Origin: a virus | Taxonomy: Duplodnaviria > Heunggongvirae > Uroviricota > Caudoviricetes | Direction: 5' to 3' (one strand) | IMG/VR virus record: IMGVR_UViG_2565956626_000019 | Location: 1 to 23,118 of that record | Length of the DNA stretch: 23,118 nucleotides | Part shown: in pieces, positions 6,565 through 16,764 of the stretch | How the letters are laid out: each line of letters opens with the position of its first letter | Position numbering within the stretch: the stretch's first letter is position 1 | The notes under the pieces: model-generated | Seen by the model: the letters and a program-made list of their open reading frames with translations, nothing else | Databases searched by the model: none | Told to the model about the DNA's origin: nothing | Position numbers and translations under genes: made by a program

Positions 6565-7203
6565 ATGAAAAAAATAGATATATATAGCGATACATCAGCC
6601 TATGTCATAGGCTCATTGGGTTTTTTAATTTTTTTTGTTTGGCAGTACCAGTCACTATCTCCAGGATGGAGATTTTTGGGGATGTCTTTGATATCACTTG
6701 GTGCAGGAATAGCAACGCAGGTGTTGATGTATCTCTTTAATGGATGGATCTCAAAAAGAGTTGAGAAAAAAAGAGCTACTTCAATATGTAGAAGCCTAGC
6801 TATTCCAGAAGACTCTACAGATCAGGATGATATTGCAAAATGTTGGCGGTATATGATTGCAAGATACTCAAATGAGTTACTGGCAAACAGACTGTCCGAC
6901 TTAATCGGGATCGTAGTTACCTCTGTTGGAACAATCATCAGTATAGGGATATCAATTTGGTATGTCGGGATGATTGTCTATTTTGTTTGGAATAGAGACT
7001 TCAATGAACCTTCCCTTCTTTTTATACCTTTATTTTTCAGGGTATTAGCATTCATATGTGAGTTATTGCTCTCTTTTTTCTGCAATGTTTTGTTCAACAG
7101 ATACCCAGGTGAAGCAAGAAAGTTTAATAAAAACTATGATGAGTTAAGGAGAACAGATCCTTTTCTATCAAGCAAAGAGTTCCGCGATTCCATTCGCAAT
7201 TAA
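6565..7203 (+). CDS. Multi-pass inner-membrane protein (4-5 predicted TM helices), co-operonic with the CI-like gene; function unknown (exclusion/immunity candidate).
   Basis: 212 aa from ATG at 6565, with AAGGAG 10 nt upstream. Hydrophobic segments AYVIGSLGFLIFFVWQY, FLGMSLISLGAGIATQVLMYLF, LIGIVVTSVGTIISIGISIWYVGMIVYFVW, LLFIPLFFRVLAFICELLLSFFCNVLF. Visibly AT-rich. Track ORF start at 6532 is an extension. Confidence 0.6.
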   Translation: MKKIDIYSDTSAYVIGSLGFLIFFVWQYQSLSPGWRFLGMSLISLGAGIATQVLMYLFNGWISKRVEKKRATSICRSLAIPEDSTDQDDIAKCWRYMIARYSNELLANRLSDLIGIVVTSVGTIISIGISIWYVGMIVYFVWNRDFNEPSLLFIPLFFRVLAFICELLLSFFCNVLFNRYPGEARKFNKNYDELRRTDPFLSSKEFRDSIRN

Positions 7204-7224
7204 CAACATCCATGACATCAACCC

Positions 7225-9066
7225 TTAGCGATCAGTTGCATCATTGGCAAGTATTGGTCTGATGGCATTTGCGGCGTTATTCAGCGCTCTTTCATAGGCT
7301 GGCGTTCCAGCTTTAGTGTTTGCCAGACGTAAGAGCGCATTCCTTGCTGCTTTGGACTCATACAAGCGCATCATTGCACCGAAACCAGCCTCAAGCCCCA
7401 TTGATACGCCAAGAGTCGCAGTTGCGCCAATCGTCCTTATCCTGTTGGCTTGCGATTGCCCCGTCTGAGTTACTACATTTGCGGTGTCTGACCTTGCTGT
7501 TTGCTGTAGAACTTCATTAAGAGCATCAAGTTCTTTCATGTGCTTTCCAGAAAAAATAGTGTTGTAAATTTCACCTCCTGACTGAGATTTCAGCTTATTA
7601 ACTTCAGTGATGAACTTGGCTGGAGAGTCGCCGGCCTTTTCCGCTATTTTGCTGACGTAAGCTGCACGCATAGCATCTTTCCCTTTATCATCCAGTGCGC
7701 TCCAGATTCGTTTCACGTCAGATGGTTTTCTGCTTAATACAACGGTATTTATAAGTTCAGGACTGGCTTCACTGCTTGCCTTGTTGAGCTTGTTGGCAAT
7801 GTTTTTATTAAGCACCTTATTATAAACGTTTGCATAATCGGAATTTGCTTTAAGGTATTTTGCTGCGTCTGATGCACCGAGGTTTTTAGCAACTGCGTTA
7901 CGAAGGTCTTTTGACATTGCATTCTCTACCATATTGGTAGCTGCTTTTGCCTGGTTGGGGAAGACCATAGCATCTCCCTGAACATTAGATCTAAATGCTG
8001 TTCTGTGCTGACGCAAGAGATCAAACGTAACATCCAAATCAGTTGCAGGGTTTGCTAATTCTTCACGTAGGTTACGCAAGGATGTAAGCAGGCTTTGATT
8101 GGCAGACGTCCCAAGCCGTTCCTGTCTTGCGATCGCTGTATTCAGAGCATTCATGGTATTTGTGGTATCAACTGCGGCATTACCCATTTTATTGGTGACG
8201 TCATTGATAACAGCGCCAGCGGCATCCTTCCGCCCCCTTAACGTGGTGGTAAGAGATTTCACCACATCATCAGGGTTGTACTCACCAAAACGGTCAAAAT
8301 AATTGCTTACCAGTTTACTACGCGTTGCATATTGCTCCGCTCTCTTTGAGCCTGTCCCGAGCAAAGCCCCCTCGGCATCCTGAGTAAGGCCACGAGTGAA
8401 AGCATTTTTCGGCGGGATAACATCAGATGTCATTGGTGTCACGCCCATCGATTCTGATGTGGCAATTTTCTTCGCCACTTCTGGCGCAATATCACCTTTT
8501 ATAGCCGTTATTCCACGCCCTATTCCCTTTGCTGCTGCGGAAAGAACACCCTGAGCGGCAAGGTTAACTCCGGCATTTTTGGCTGCATTTTGTGCGAAAT
8601 CGCCTTTCTGATTTGCGGCCTCTGCCAGTGATCCAATAGCCATGCTTCCTGCCATTCCAACTCCTGGAACTAAATACCCGCCAATTGTTTCTCCAGCTTG
8701 CGCATAAGGGTCTGTTGGTCGATCTACTGGACGATAAACATCATCCAAAACCTTGGGGCCACCAAGACCCTGGCTGATTGCATTAATCAGACTTGCGCCA
8801 CCCTGCAATACGTCAAATGGTATGTTTACCAGACCACGGCCAGCCTGTTCTGCAATTTGCCCTGCACTTTGACCACCAGTGAGCCAATCGCCAGCTTGTT
8901 GCATCAATGATGGTTCTTCACGTGCTGGTTCATTATTGGCCTGATTAACTGTTTGTTGCTGAACAGCCTGACCAGCAAAATACTCATCAATGGCGGTGCC
9001 AATATCTTCCGTGCTCGTACCATCAGGAAAGGTAAATGTCTTACCGTTTGCAGTTACTTTCATCAT
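7225..9066 (-). CDS. Ejection (pilot/E) protein, P22 gp16-like.
   Basis: 613 aa; size and position match P22 gp16 (the last gene before the accessory region). ATG pair at 9066/9063 overlaps the upstream stop. Confidence 0.65.
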   Translation of the reverse strand: MMKVTANGKTFTFPDGTSTEDIGTAIDEYFAGQAVQQQTVNQANNEPAREEPSLMQQAGDWLTGGQSAGQIAEQAGRGLVNIPFDVLQGGASLINAISQGLGGPKVLDDVYRPVDRPTDPYAQAGETIGGYLVPGVGMAGSMAIGSLAEAANQKGDFAQNAAKNAGVNLAAQGVLSAAAKGIGRGITAIKGDIAPEVAKKIATSESMGVTPMTSDVIPPKNAFTRGLTQDAEGALLGTGSKRAEQYATRSKLVSNYFDRFGEYNPDDVVKSLTTTLRGRKDAAGAVINDVTNKMGNAAVDTTNTMNALNTAIARQERLGTSANQSLLTSLRNLREELANPATDLDVTFDLLRQHRTAFRSNVQGDAMVFPNQAKAATNMVENAMSKDLRNAVAKNLGASDAAKYLKANSDYANVYNKVLNKNIANKLNKASSEASPELINTVVLSRKPSDVKRIWSALDDKGKDAMRAAYVSKIAEKAGDSPAKFITEVNKLKSQSGGEIYNTIFSGKHMKELDALNEVLQQTARSDTANVVTQTGQSQANRIRTIGATATLGVSMGLEAGFGAMMRLYESKAARNALLRLANTKAGTPAYERALNNAANAIRPILANDATDR

Positions 9067-10538
9067 TCCACCGTAAATTGAATGCCTGATTTTGAGGTAT
9101 ATGATCCGGATTGACTCTGCTGCTGTTGGGTATTTGTCGGTTGTTGGCTATTGCTCTGTTGTTGACTATTTGCAGCACTTGAAACCACCAAAGCATCATA
9201 AACGCGACCAGACTGACCACGTAATGAGTTATATTGGCCCTGCATTTTTCGCATTTTTGTTTCAGTAGCAGCCTTGGAATCACCGGGCTGAGGCAGGTAC
9301 ATTTTGGAATACTCCTGCATCTCTGGCAGAGTAATTGCTGCACCTGTTTCTGGGCGCAAAATTGCATACAAGGCGTCTCTCGCATTTACCATATATTGCT
9401 GCTCCGCTGGTGATAGGCTTAAATTTGCAATAGTCCCATCACCAAGAGAGCGATTTATTAATGCAACTCGCTTAGGGTCAATGCTTTTACTAAGCTGATT
9501 CATTGAGTCCATTGAATCTTTTAATCGCAAAGCAAATCCTGCCGCCTTCTTGGAACCCTCATTAGCCTTATCTATGATGCTTTGCGCTTGTGGCAAACTA
9601 ATTGGTTTAATGCCATCACCAGATATAGGTTGGTTTAGTTTTCCTGCTTCCTCGCTGCCATCGGTGTAATACTTAGTTACCGAGCCATCAGGATTGGTTT
9701 CAACCTTAAGTAATTTCTTAGCATTGGGATTAATTCCCGCCGCTGCCGCAAATGCCGCTGCACCATCTGGATCCGCCTTTAACATTTGCGCGTACTGATT
9801 GTAATTCTGCATTGCGGCTGTTGGTGCATATGCTGACGTTAACGCATTTGCTCGGCTAATATCCTGCCCTCTCGCCTGAAGTGCTTCGCTGGCCTGATTG
9901 CTGCGGATTGTCTCTGCCAGTCTGCCTCGGTCAATCTCACGACCAGCTATCTTGTCCTGAACAGCAAACGCCTTTTCTGGCCCAAGTGCACCGAGAGACA
10001 TAGTAGTCAGCATGTGTGATAGCTGCTCTGGATTCTGAATACCTGTCTGAATCATCCAGTCAGCATTCGCCCCCACGCGATTTAACCTGTCCTTGTTATC
10101 AGTAATGAATTTACTGTAGGCTTCCGGTCCCTGAGAAAGAGCGACGTTAGCCCTCATGGCTAAATCGCCCATATCGTTGCGTTGCTGCTCATTAAGACCG
10201 GAAAATGCCTGTTGTGCCTGTGCAACAAACGCTGGATTTTCCTGGGCAAACTTAAATAGTCCCGATGGATCACCAGAAGCCCATGCATCAGCATGAACCT
10301 TATTGAACGCATTAATCGCTTTCTGTTGCTGTTCCTGCTTATAAATATCAGCAACTCCAGCCAGACCACGTAACGCGGTCAGACCAACGTTATTTGCACC
10401 TGAGCGAGCCAGTTCATTGTTTTCGCGGATCAGACCAAGCGTTGCGTTAATGTCGCTTGCTTTTGGCGCATTCTCATTTTGCGCACCAATGCCAGCCAGA
10501 AAACCACCAGAATTAATACCCTGTTGCCACGTAGCCAT
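9063..10538 (-). CDS. Ejection protein, P22 gp20-like.
   Basis: 491 aa; Ala/Gln-rich low-complexity sequence; synteny with P22 gene 20. Stop TGA at 9063-9065 overlaps the gp16-like start. Confidence 0.65.
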   Translation of the reverse strand: MATWQQGINSGGFLAGIGAQNENAPKASDINATLGLIRENNELARSGANNVGLTALRGLAGVADIYKQEQQQKAINAFNKVHADAWASGDPSGLFKFAQENPAFVAQAQQAFSGLNEQQRNDMGDLAMRANVALSQGPEAYSKFITDNKDRLNRVGANADWMIQTGIQNPEQLSHMLTTMSLGALGPEKAFAVQDKIAGREIDRGRLAETIRSNQASEALQARGQDISRANALTSAYAPTAAMQNYNQYAQMLKADPDGAAAFAAAAGINPNAKKLLKVETNPDGSVTKYYTDGSEEAGKLNQPISGDGIKPISLPQAQSIIDKANEGSKKAAGFALRLKDSMDSMNQLSKSIDPKRVALINRSLGDGTIANLSLSPAEQQYMVNARDALYAILRPETGAAITLPEMQEYSKMYLPQPGDSKAATETKMRKMQGQYNSLRGQSGRVYDALVVSSAANSQQQSNSQQPTNTQQQQSQSGSYTSKSGIQFTVE

Positions 10539-10548
10539 TGATTAACCC

Positions 10549-11244
10549 TTAAAACAGTGAACCAAGAAGACCAAGACCGCCGCCAACAGCGGCACCAATA
10601 CCAGTACCAATACCGGGAACAATGCTGCCAAGCTGTGCTCCAGCAATTGCTCCAGAGGCAGCCCCGCCTATTGCAGATTGAAGGCCGGAAGGTCTATTAG
10701 CGTTTGCCGCCGCCAGTGCCGCGCTTTGCTGTGAAATCTGGCTCATGTTGTTGGCATATGTTTGCCCGGCGTTTGCCTGCCCCTGAAGAGCGCCAAGACC
10801 AATATTTGCCAGATTCTGGTAGTTGTTCATCTGGCCAGACAGCCATTGCTGACCAAGCGTTGGTGCGATTGTTGCTAACTGATTACCGGTTGCAGTGGAA
10901 CCCAATCCACCTGTTGCTTCCGCTGCAGCCAGACTCTGATAGCGAGCCTGACCAGCAAGATCTTTGTACTGCTGAGAGTTGTAATACTGGTTAAGTGCCT
11001 GACCTTGCCCTTCCAGAGACGATAAGTTCTCGAGGCTGCCGACATACTTATCAGCCAGAGGAGTAAACGGCTTCAGGTTGTTCATGATGGTGTTGAACTG
11101 CTGATTTTGCAGGTCTGCTGCATACTTCTGAGCTTCTGCGGCATACTTTGCGCTTTTATCAGAACTGCCACCTTTCCCGCCTTTTTCATGGCAATAAGGT
11201 TCCTCGCCGCGCAGTTTTCTGCCCAGCTTAAATGCATATAACAT
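10549..11244 (-). CDS. Ejection protein, P22 gp7-like.
   Basis: 231 aa. N-terminus MLYAFKLGRKLRGEEP...KGGKGGSS and Gly-rich C-terminus; size and order match P22 gp7. Confidence 0.7.
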   Translation of the reverse strand: MLYAFKLGRKLRGEEPYCHEKGGKGGSSDKSAKYAAEAQKYAADLQNQQFNTIMNNLKPFTPLADKYVGSLENLSSLEGQGQALNQYYNSQQYKDLAGQARYQSLAAAEATGGLGSTATGNQLATIAPTLGQQWLSGQMNNYQNLANIGLGALQGQANAGQTYANNMSQISQQSAALAAANANRPSGLQSAIGGAASGAIAGAQLGSIVPGIGTGIGAAVGGGLGLLGSLF

Positions 11245-11246
11245 GG

Positions 11247-11702
11247 CTATCTCCCGTGATTCAGGAAGTCGATTAGTTCTTCGCGTGTAGCACTGTAAAA
11301 TGTCACGTCATCCACGCCTTTGAAGTATTTCTTGATGGTTCCTACACGCTTAAGGCCAATCATTGCGCAGTACATCTGACCGTGGCGGAATTTGCGTGCG
11401 GCGAACGATGTGACGCACTGAACGGTGGTGTTAGTCAGAATGTATCGCCAGAACGCCAGCCCGATTTCCTTGCTGAAGCCGCGAATCTCTGGCAGGTACA
11501 TGGCGTGGCAATCGAATGTCAGCGGCTGAATCTCCTGATAGTAAACAATTCCGCCGAACTGCCCGTGCACGTTCACCTCAAAGTAACGGCATTCAGGTTT
11601 GTAGTCGTATCCATCACCGTTGTTGCTTCCGGCAATAATGTCAGGGTGATTTCCGACTGCTTCTATCAGGTCGATGTTTCGCGTTGGTTTGAATGTAATC
11701 AT
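11247..11702 (-). CDS. Virion assembly/ejection-associated protein, P22 gp14-like (assigned by synteny only).
   Basis: 151 aa between the tail-needle and gp7-like genes. ATG at 11702 overlaps the upstream TGA (ATGA). No sequence motif recognised. Confidence 0.45.
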   Translation of the reverse strand: MITFKPTRNIDLIEAVGNHPDIIAGSNNGDGYDYKPECRYFEVNVHGQFGGIVYYQEIQPLTFDCHAMYLPEIRGFSKEIGLAFWRYILTNTTVQCVTSFAARKFRHGQMYCAMIGLKRVGTIKKYFKGVDDVTFYSATREELIDFLNHGR

Positions 11703-12403
11703 CAGTCAATCAGCCCATGTAATCTAAGTGCTGTTTCAAGCGCCAGAATACGCTGCCGCGCCTGCTGCAAACCTGTAGCGAGAGCCGCGACTTCGGATTG
11801 TGTGTACGTAGTGCCGACCGTGTATGACTGGTTAGCGTTGAATGAGCCAAGAAGAGGTGTACCTGTGGCTGCAGTCCATCCGGTATTTCTTGCTCCAACA
11901 ACCTGAATTCCATCAACTGAATATGACGTTTTTACATCCAGCGGTGACGCAAGAGACTGCGATTCGGTTACGGTTTTCGATACGTAATCACTCTTAATGC
12001 CAGAGACATCGTTTTCTACGTCATCCAGTCTTTGGTCAACAGTGACCAGATGCGCCTGAATATCGATAACCTCATCCAGCAAGTAATCAACATCGCTACG
12101 CAGTACGACTATCTTCCCTTCGGCGGTTGTTAACCTGACCTCAAGGAGATTTATCGCTTTTGTGTTTGCGGTGATTCTTGCGTCGTGATCAGCCAGTTCG
12201 ACATCCTGTTCATCGTTTTTTACCTGGGCATCGTAAGCGCCCTGACCAGCCTGATTTGCCTTCCCGGCAATTGCGCCGACATCAGCCCCCTGATTAATGA
12301 CATACAACAGGTAAGACTGGCTGAATATATTGCGTGGAAGGACTGATGTGTCGAGTCGTGTAGTCTGAATGATTACCGGCTCATTGAGATTCGAATCAGC
12401 CAT
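11702..12403 (-). CDS. Tail needle (cell-envelope-penetrating fibre), P22 gp26-like.
   Basis: 233 aa. [73 protein letters not shown]... closely matches recalled P22 gp26; coiled-coil C-terminus ending ...RLHGLID. Confidence 0.85.
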   Translation of the reverse strand: MADSNLNEPVIIQTTRLDTSVLPRNIFSQSYLLYVINQGADVGAIAGKANQAGQGAYDAQVKNDEQDVELADHDARITANTKAINLLEVRLTTAEGKIVVLRSDVDYLLDEVIDIQAHLVTVDQRLDDVENDVSGIKSDYVSKTVTESQSLASPLDVKTSYSVDGIQVVGARNTGWTAATGTPLLGSFNANQSYTVGTTYTQSEVAALATGLQQARQRILALETALRLHGLID

Positions 12404-13821
12404 TACTCAATCCTTATCTGGCAGCCAGACAGAGTGACAGGTGACTTCGTGATAACGCGCAATTTGAAACCAATGTTTTTCCTGATGCGCCCTACTCGCT
12501 TCCACAAAACACGCTTGTCGTAAACGAACGGTTCATTCTGCTCAATCATCTGCTCACGCCCGTAATTGATGCCGTCAGTGGTTGCAGAGAGAAAAAGGCG
12601 GTCGGCGTACTGCGCAACGCCAGTTGACGATTCAACCTCAAGGTCGAAAACTCTGGCGTTATCTGCTTTGAAGAGTGGGGTAAACAGCAGATGTTCCTGT
12701 TGCTTGTCGTACTGGCTGCTGATATCGAACTGCAATTTCCCGGTCACGGATTCCAGCTTATCGCCGCACGTTATCTGATTGCCTTCGTAAATGAAGTCGA
12801 TAGCGCGGTACACATCGTCATACAAGCCAGTTTTCAACACACACCATTGCGGACCATTGGCGCTTGAAGATGCGTCGTACACGAGAACATGGCGCGGAAG
12901 GTGGATAATCAGCAACTCATGAGCATCAAATCGCAGCGATTCCATCACACCATCAGCCAGTTCATCAGCAGTGTAGGAGCGGAGGATTTTCTCAATGCTC
13001 GCGCTGGCGATTGGTGATACCTGACCTGAGCCGATGATGTATACAGACGGCGCACCTGTTGCCGGATTGCTGATGAACGCATACGAGTCAGCAAACGGCG
13101 TTTTGCAGTAGGTTCCGGCAATGCCTTTCTGCACCATCAGCGATGGCTGTGCGACATACAAAGCGGCACCAACAGTGGTTGCACCTGTCAGGGAGAAATA
13201 TTCAATCGTTGATGAACCAAAGCAGACGATGAAGTCTCGCCATGTCCCTATGCCGATGATGCCATCAGGCTGTGATTCTGCGCGATATTGTGCGCTGTAT
13301 CGGTCAGGATGCGATTCGTCTTCAAGGTCAGTGATAAACCATGAATCAGTGCCGTCTTTTGACCACGCATAACGACCACGTAAGCGCGTAATGTCACGGA
13401 CCGAACCTAACTCATACTGTGTGAATCCGCTGTCCGCAGGCCAGTTTGAGACTGTTTTAACCGTGCCATCATAGCGATACTCGACCAGTTGACCATTAAC
13501 ACCTACCGCCTGTGATGTCCGACCATGCGCCATTGATACACGACCACTTCCGGCGACGTCACCGACTTCACTTTCGCCTTTGTACAGCTTGCCACCACAC
13601 ACACGATAAACAGCATTCTGCGCCATGTTGTACTCGACGCCGCGCGATACGCCGTTCACATCAGAACGTTTGGCAATGCCCGGGAATGAGCGAAGATATC
13701 CGCTGCTGTTAAGGATTTCTTTGGGTGTAGCCAACATATTCACTGGCAGATAGTCGATATAGTCGGCGTTTCGGAAGTCTTTGCCGACACCTTTCATAAG
13801 CGGAAGTTGCTGAATAGGCAT
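12403..13821 (-). CDS. Tail hub / tail accessory factor, P22 gp10-like.
   Basis: 472 aa, the same length as P22 gp10. N-terminus [49 protein letters not shown] matches recalled gp10. Confidence 0.85.
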   Translation of the reverse strand: MPIQQLPLMKGVGKDFRNADYIDYLPVNMLATPKEILNSSGYLRSFPGIAKRSDVNGVSRGVEYNMAQNAVYRVCGGKLYKGESEVGDVAGSGRVSMAHGRTSQAVGVNGQLVEYRYDGTVKTVSNWPADSGFTQYELGSVRDITRLRGRYAWSKDGTDSWFITDLEDESHPDRYSAQYRAESQPDGIIGIGTWRDFIVCFGSSTIEYFSLTGATTVGAALYVAQPSLMVQKGIAGTYCKTPFADSYAFISNPATGAPSVYIIGSGQVSPIASASIEKILRSYTADELADGVMESLRFDAHELLIIHLPRHVLVYDASSSANGPQWCVLKTGLYDDVYRAIDFIYEGNQITCGDKLESVTGKLQFDISSQYDKQQEHLLFTPLFKADNARVFDLEVESSTGVAQYADRLFLSATTDGINYGREQMIEQNEPFVYDKRVLWKRVGRIRKNIGFKLRVITKSPVTLSGCQIRIE

Positions 13822-13830
13822 TTATTCACC

Positions 13831-14292
13831 TCACGTGCTCGGATCATCTTTCTCGATGTAAAACCGATTCCACGTAAACGCGCTTTTGTTACCACTACCG
13901 CGAGGCATGTCATTTCGCCGCTCAAGTGGTGGTATTTTGGTTAAAGCGATACAGATTGTTTGATATGCACTGTCAGCAGCGGTAAGGAGAGCGTCTGACG
14001 GCTGAATGACGTTATCCATGCACACTTGCACAGCGAGTTTCAAAGCGACGCCATCATTTGCCCATGCAGGGATACCTGAATCATCGTCAGGTAACGGCAT
14101 GATGCCGTTTTCTGTATCAGCAAACTGATATCCAAGCTCGATACCTTTAGCCTGCCATGCTGCCATCATGTCTTCGAGGTCATTAATGGCATCTTCAATT
14201 GCCTGAGGGTCAGCATCTGTCAACGTGGCATTGGAATACAGCCCGGCTTTTCGTAAAGCCTTAAGAACGAGATCACCCTTCGTTTTCGCCAT
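13831..14292 (-). CDS. Head-to-tail adaptor, P22 gp4-like.
   Basis: 153 aa. MAKTKGDLVLKALRKAGLYSNATLTDADPQAIEDAINDLEDMMAAW resembles the recalled gp4 N-terminus; positioned directly upstream of the gp10-like gene. Confidence 0.7.
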   Translation of the reverse strand: MAKTKGDLVLKALRKAGLYSNATLTDADPQAIEDAINDLEDMMAAWQAKGIELGYQFADTENGIMPLPDDDSGIPAWANDGVALKLAVQVCMDNVIQPSDALLTAADSAYQTICIALTKIPPLERRNDMPRGSGNKSAFTWNRFYIEKDDPST

Positions 14293-14461
14293 CTTCTTCC
14301 GCCTTAGCCACTTTATGCTTCGTTGCGGTTTCTTCAGGAGTTTTTACCCAGCCTTTTTTCAGGTGAGATTTAACTTCTTCGTCATCAACAATGATGTAAT
14401 CGACAGCAAACTGACCACAGGTGATCATGTTGCCAGGCTTATAGAGCATTGTTCGTGCCAT
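14273..14461 (-). CDS. Small hypothetical protein between the coat and gp4-like genes.
   Basis: 62 aa from ATG at 14461, with GGGAGAAG upstream. Track ORF from 14500 starts at a non-ATG codon inside the terminator hairpin. Overlaps the gp4-like start by 20 nt. Confidence 0.4.
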   Translation of the reverse strand: MARTMLYKPGNMITCGQFAVDYIIVDDEEVKSHLKKGWVKTPEETATKHKVAKAEEDGENEG

Positions 14462-14469
14462 TGTCTTCT

Positions 14470-14502
14470 CCCAATAAAAATGGGGCCGAAGCCCCACCAA
14501 AA
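14470..14502 (-). terminator. Intrinsic terminator/attenuator immediately downstream of the coat gene.
   Basis: Minus strand: coat stop TAA (14505-14503), then hairpin UGGGGC-UUCG-GCCCCA (14496-14481), then UUUUUAUU. Confidence 0.5.
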
Positions 14503-15762
14503 TTACTGCCCGGCAATAACGATGCCCGTATATTCAGGAACAAGTACAGAGCAACCGTACAGGGTGGTGAAACGCGCAGTGGTTACACCTTTGATGTGGT
14601 CGAAGGCGTAAGACATGATCAGCGTAGCGCCCTGCTCGGTGGTTGCTGTCATTACCTGTGGACCCTGACCAGTCGGGAACGCCAGTTTGCCGTACATCAG
14701 CTCAACAGAACCATCAGCCCAGAACAGGTTAGCAGGTGCTGCGTTCTTGTTGAGAATGGTGATTGCTGCAGTTTCTGCCGGCTTGGCATCGACGTTTGCA
14801 TATGGACGGCTCGCAACATCGGCATTTCCAACAGGGAGAATCTTTGGAGAGATTGTTACGGTGGTTCCTGCTGTGTCTACTGCCAGAACGCGGAATACCT
14901 GCGGCTGCCCGGTGGTATCTTTGGTGATCTGGTGTACGGAATTCACACCTGCGATGGTAAACGCATCGCCAACCTGCAAGCCTTTAGCAGATACCGTAAT
15001 GGTCCCCTGTCGGTTATCAACAGGCATGCCATTTGAATCTTTCGCTTCAACCTTGTGTTCAGGTTGATTTGATACTGTCAAGGTTTCAGTGCTTCCTGCC
15101 GGTAATCGACCGGAAATATCGGTCTTGTAGCTATCAAAGGAAGCAACCGGAGGGATCTGCGCTTTTTCGTATGCTGTCAGGGTTGCGCCCTGAGCGTAGG
15201 CACGGTGACCAAGCTCGCCAGCAAGGTCTTTGTAGTTGAATGGGTTCCAGAAAGAGCGACGGTTGATACCCTGAGGTACACCAATCGCCGTCATGGTGGC
15301 ATCAATATCTGCCGCACCATTCCACAAGGCGAGGCCCCGTGAGCCATTTTCTGAGGCAGGAATTGCGACCACGTTAGTAGCACGCTGCGTGACCATGGAA
15401 ATCAGGTCAGAGTCAATCTGTGCAGCAAGGCGCATGCCTGCGGCTCGACCAGCTTCAGTTTTATGTTCCGGGTCACGCATTTCACGCGCATCCAGAGTGT
15501 ACAGAATGTTTTTCGGCTCCTTGAACACAGAAGGAACAAGGCGCTGAACCAGTGCTGTTGGTGTTTTTTCGCTGAGGTCCAAGCCCTCCTCAATGTTCAT
15601 GTGGTAATGCTGCGGACGATACAGAACATCACCTGCTCGCTGCATTGCTGTATCACCGGGACGGAATTTTTTAGCGTTACGGGAAACTACGCAGGCGGCC
15701 TCAAAGCCTTCAACGTAGTTTTCGAACATGATTTCAAGGTCTTTTGCTAATTGGTTAGCCAT
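14503..15762 (-). CDS. Major capsid (coat) protein, P22 gp5/Sf6 gp5-like.
   Basis: 419 aa. Segments KKFRPGDTAMQRAGDVLYRP and NLFWADGSVELM parallel recalled P22 coat [20 protein letters not shown] and NVFWADDAIRIV. GGAG 8 nt upstream of ATG at 15762. Confidence 0.8.
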   Translation of the reverse strand: MANQLAKDLEIMFENYVEGFEAACVVSRNAKKFRPGDTAMQRAGDVLYRPQHYHMNIEEGLDLSEKTPTALVQRLVPSVFKEPKNILYTLDAREMRDPEHKTEAGRAAGMRLAAQIDSDLISMVTQRATNVVAIPASENGSRGLALWNGAADIDATMTAIGVPQGINRRSFWNPFNYKDLAGELGHRAYAQGATLTAYEKAQIPPVASFDSYKTDISGRLPAGSTETLTVSNQPEHKVEAKDSNGMPVDNRQGTITVSAKGLQVGDAFTIAGVNSVHQITKDTTGQPQVFRVLAVDTAGTTVTISPKILPVGNADVASRPYANVDAKPAETAAITILNKNAAPANLFWADGSVELMYGKLAFPTGQGPQVMTATTEQGATLIMSYAFDHIKGVTTARFTTLYGCSVLVPEYTGIVIAGQ

Positions 15763-15780
15763 GCTTAATGCTCCGATAGG

Positions 15781-16674
15781 TTATTTTTTTGCCTTTTTAG
15801 CGGCGAAATACGGCGTCCAGTCACCAGTTTCCAGCGCCTTGGCTTTCAATTTGTCGAGGTTGTTGATTACTGCGCCGTTGCTCCCCTTAACTGTCGGGGT
15901 TGTGGCTGCCGTGGTTTTTGCTTTTGGCATGATTCTGGCCTTCGATTCGATACGTTCCAGCAGACGACCAATTGCTACGGGGTTGGTAGCTTCTGCCAGT
16001 TGCTTGCGCAGTTCAGCGTTGCGACCAAGCGCCAGAACAACGATTTCCGGCTTCTCTGACTCAAACAGGATCGCGTTTTGTGTCTCGATGGGGATTTCCT
16101 CGAGTACGGCCTGTTCTGCTTCCTGATAGCCAGGAACTTTGAGAGCCTTAACACGTTGCTGATATTTGGATAATCGCTCTTGATAGGCAGCCTGAAGCTC
16201 CTGCTCCTTCTGCTTGCGAGCCATCTCCTGTTGCTGGTACTTGCCGTTATCCTCTGCCCACTTAGCCATGCGTTGCTGGTAGATTTCTTCATCGAAACCG
16301 ATGTCCTCATCATCCAGTTTTGGCATTCGCGGTGGTTGAGTTATTACCGGCTGCTGCTCGACGGGTTTCTGAGACTGACGCATCAGCTCTTTCAGCTCGC
16401 GGTCTTTCTCTTTAATCGTCTTGCGCAGGTGTTTTACCAGTCCATGCTCTGCGCCATCTTCGCTGGTTGGCGAATCCAGCTTTTCGTCACCAAAGTAGAA
16501 TTCCTGCTCTGATTCGTCGTCATCAGTTTCAGTAGCTTCCTCTGCATCATTGCCGGAGGACTCACTGCCATCTTCTGTTTCGACTTCTTCAGCCAGTTCG
16601 ACATCATCAGGAATCTGCTCTGACGCGTCGGTTTCGATTTCAACTTCTGGTGTGTTTTCTGCCATCTGGTCCAT
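15781..16674 (-). CDS. Scaffolding protein, P22 gp8-like.
   Basis: 297 aa. Highly acidic N-terminus, coiled-coil middle, basic helix-turn-helix-like C-terminus (...LDKLKAKALETGDW...AKKAKK). Lies between the portal and coat genes. Confidence 0.75.
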   Translation of the reverse strand: MDQMAENTPEVEIETDASEQIPDDVELAEEVETEDGSESSGNDAEEATETDDDESEQEFYFGDEKLDSPTSEDGAEHGLVKHLRKTIKEKDRELKELMRQSQKPVEQQPVITQPPRMPKLDDEDIGFDEEIYQQRMAKWAEDNGKYQQQEMARKQKEQELQAAYQERLSKYQQRVKALKVPGYQEAEQAVLEEIPIETQNAILFESEKPEIVVLALGRNAELRKQLAEATNPVAIGRLLERIESKARIMPKAKTTAATTPTVKGSNGAVINNLDKLKAKALETGDWTPYFAAKKAKK

Positions 16675-16764
16675 TTGTTACCCCTGTTTACTCGATGTTC
16701 AGCCCATCGGAAGGCAATAGGGTGCCAGGCCTCATAAAGACAGCCATTGCACGTTATGGGTTAA

